Virus record (IMG/VR): IMGVR_UViG_3300035037_000529
Span: 1-44,576 of that record
From: a virus
Taxonomy: Duplodnaviria; Caudoviricetes
DNA length: 44,576 nt
Reading direction: 5' to 3' (one strand)
In this document: piece after piece, positions 44,570-44,576 of the stretch
Position numbering within the stretch: the stretch's first letter is position 1
Layout of the letters: each line of letters starts with the position of its first letter
Notes under the pieces: generated by a model
What the model was told of the DNA's origin: nothing
What the model saw: the letters and a program-made list of their open reading frames with translations, nothing else
Database searches by the model: none
Program-made: the position numbers and the translations under genes

Positions 44570-44576
44570 AAAGGTT

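Noticed and set aside
1-44576. Host taxonomic assignment
   Set aside because: Only ~190 bp of host sequence is present. O2-sensitive, B12-dependent enzymes hint at an anaerobic host, but the lineage cannot be determined from this window.

Overview
The window holds one apparently complete temperate siphovirus-type (lambda-like) prophage of about 44.4 kb (~117-44500), integrated by a large serine recombinase into the 3' end of a tRNA-Asn(GTT) gene (44494-44569, minus strand). Almost all genes run on the minus strand, in this order from the right: a tiny early region (ECF-like sigma factor, replication-initiator-like protein, no recognisable CI repressor); a cos-like site, ParB-methylase and terminase; head genes; tail genes; small membrane genes; and a ~13 kb cargo defence operon (RHH regulator, type I RM with fused M-S, DUF6602-like protein, RadC, Vsr, Dcm, MORC-like GHKL/histidine kinase, receiver protein, HNH). 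The best candidate for an undescribed system sits inside the tail-fibre operon. A 187-aa virion-like protein with three HxH repeats ends in a 14-Cys (C-x)n tail, and is followed directly by a radical SAM/SPASM enzyme and a B12-dependent radical SAM enzyme. This looks like RiPP-type modification machinery aimed at a phage structural protein. Second, the attachment site lies inside the integrase reading frame, so excision would fuse a 144-aa HTH-bearing segment from the left end onto the integrase. Third, two near-identical back-to-back promoter-like boxes suggest a repressor-less switch driven by the phage's own sigma factor. All family assignments come from motif recognition by eye; no database searches were run and novelty is unverified.
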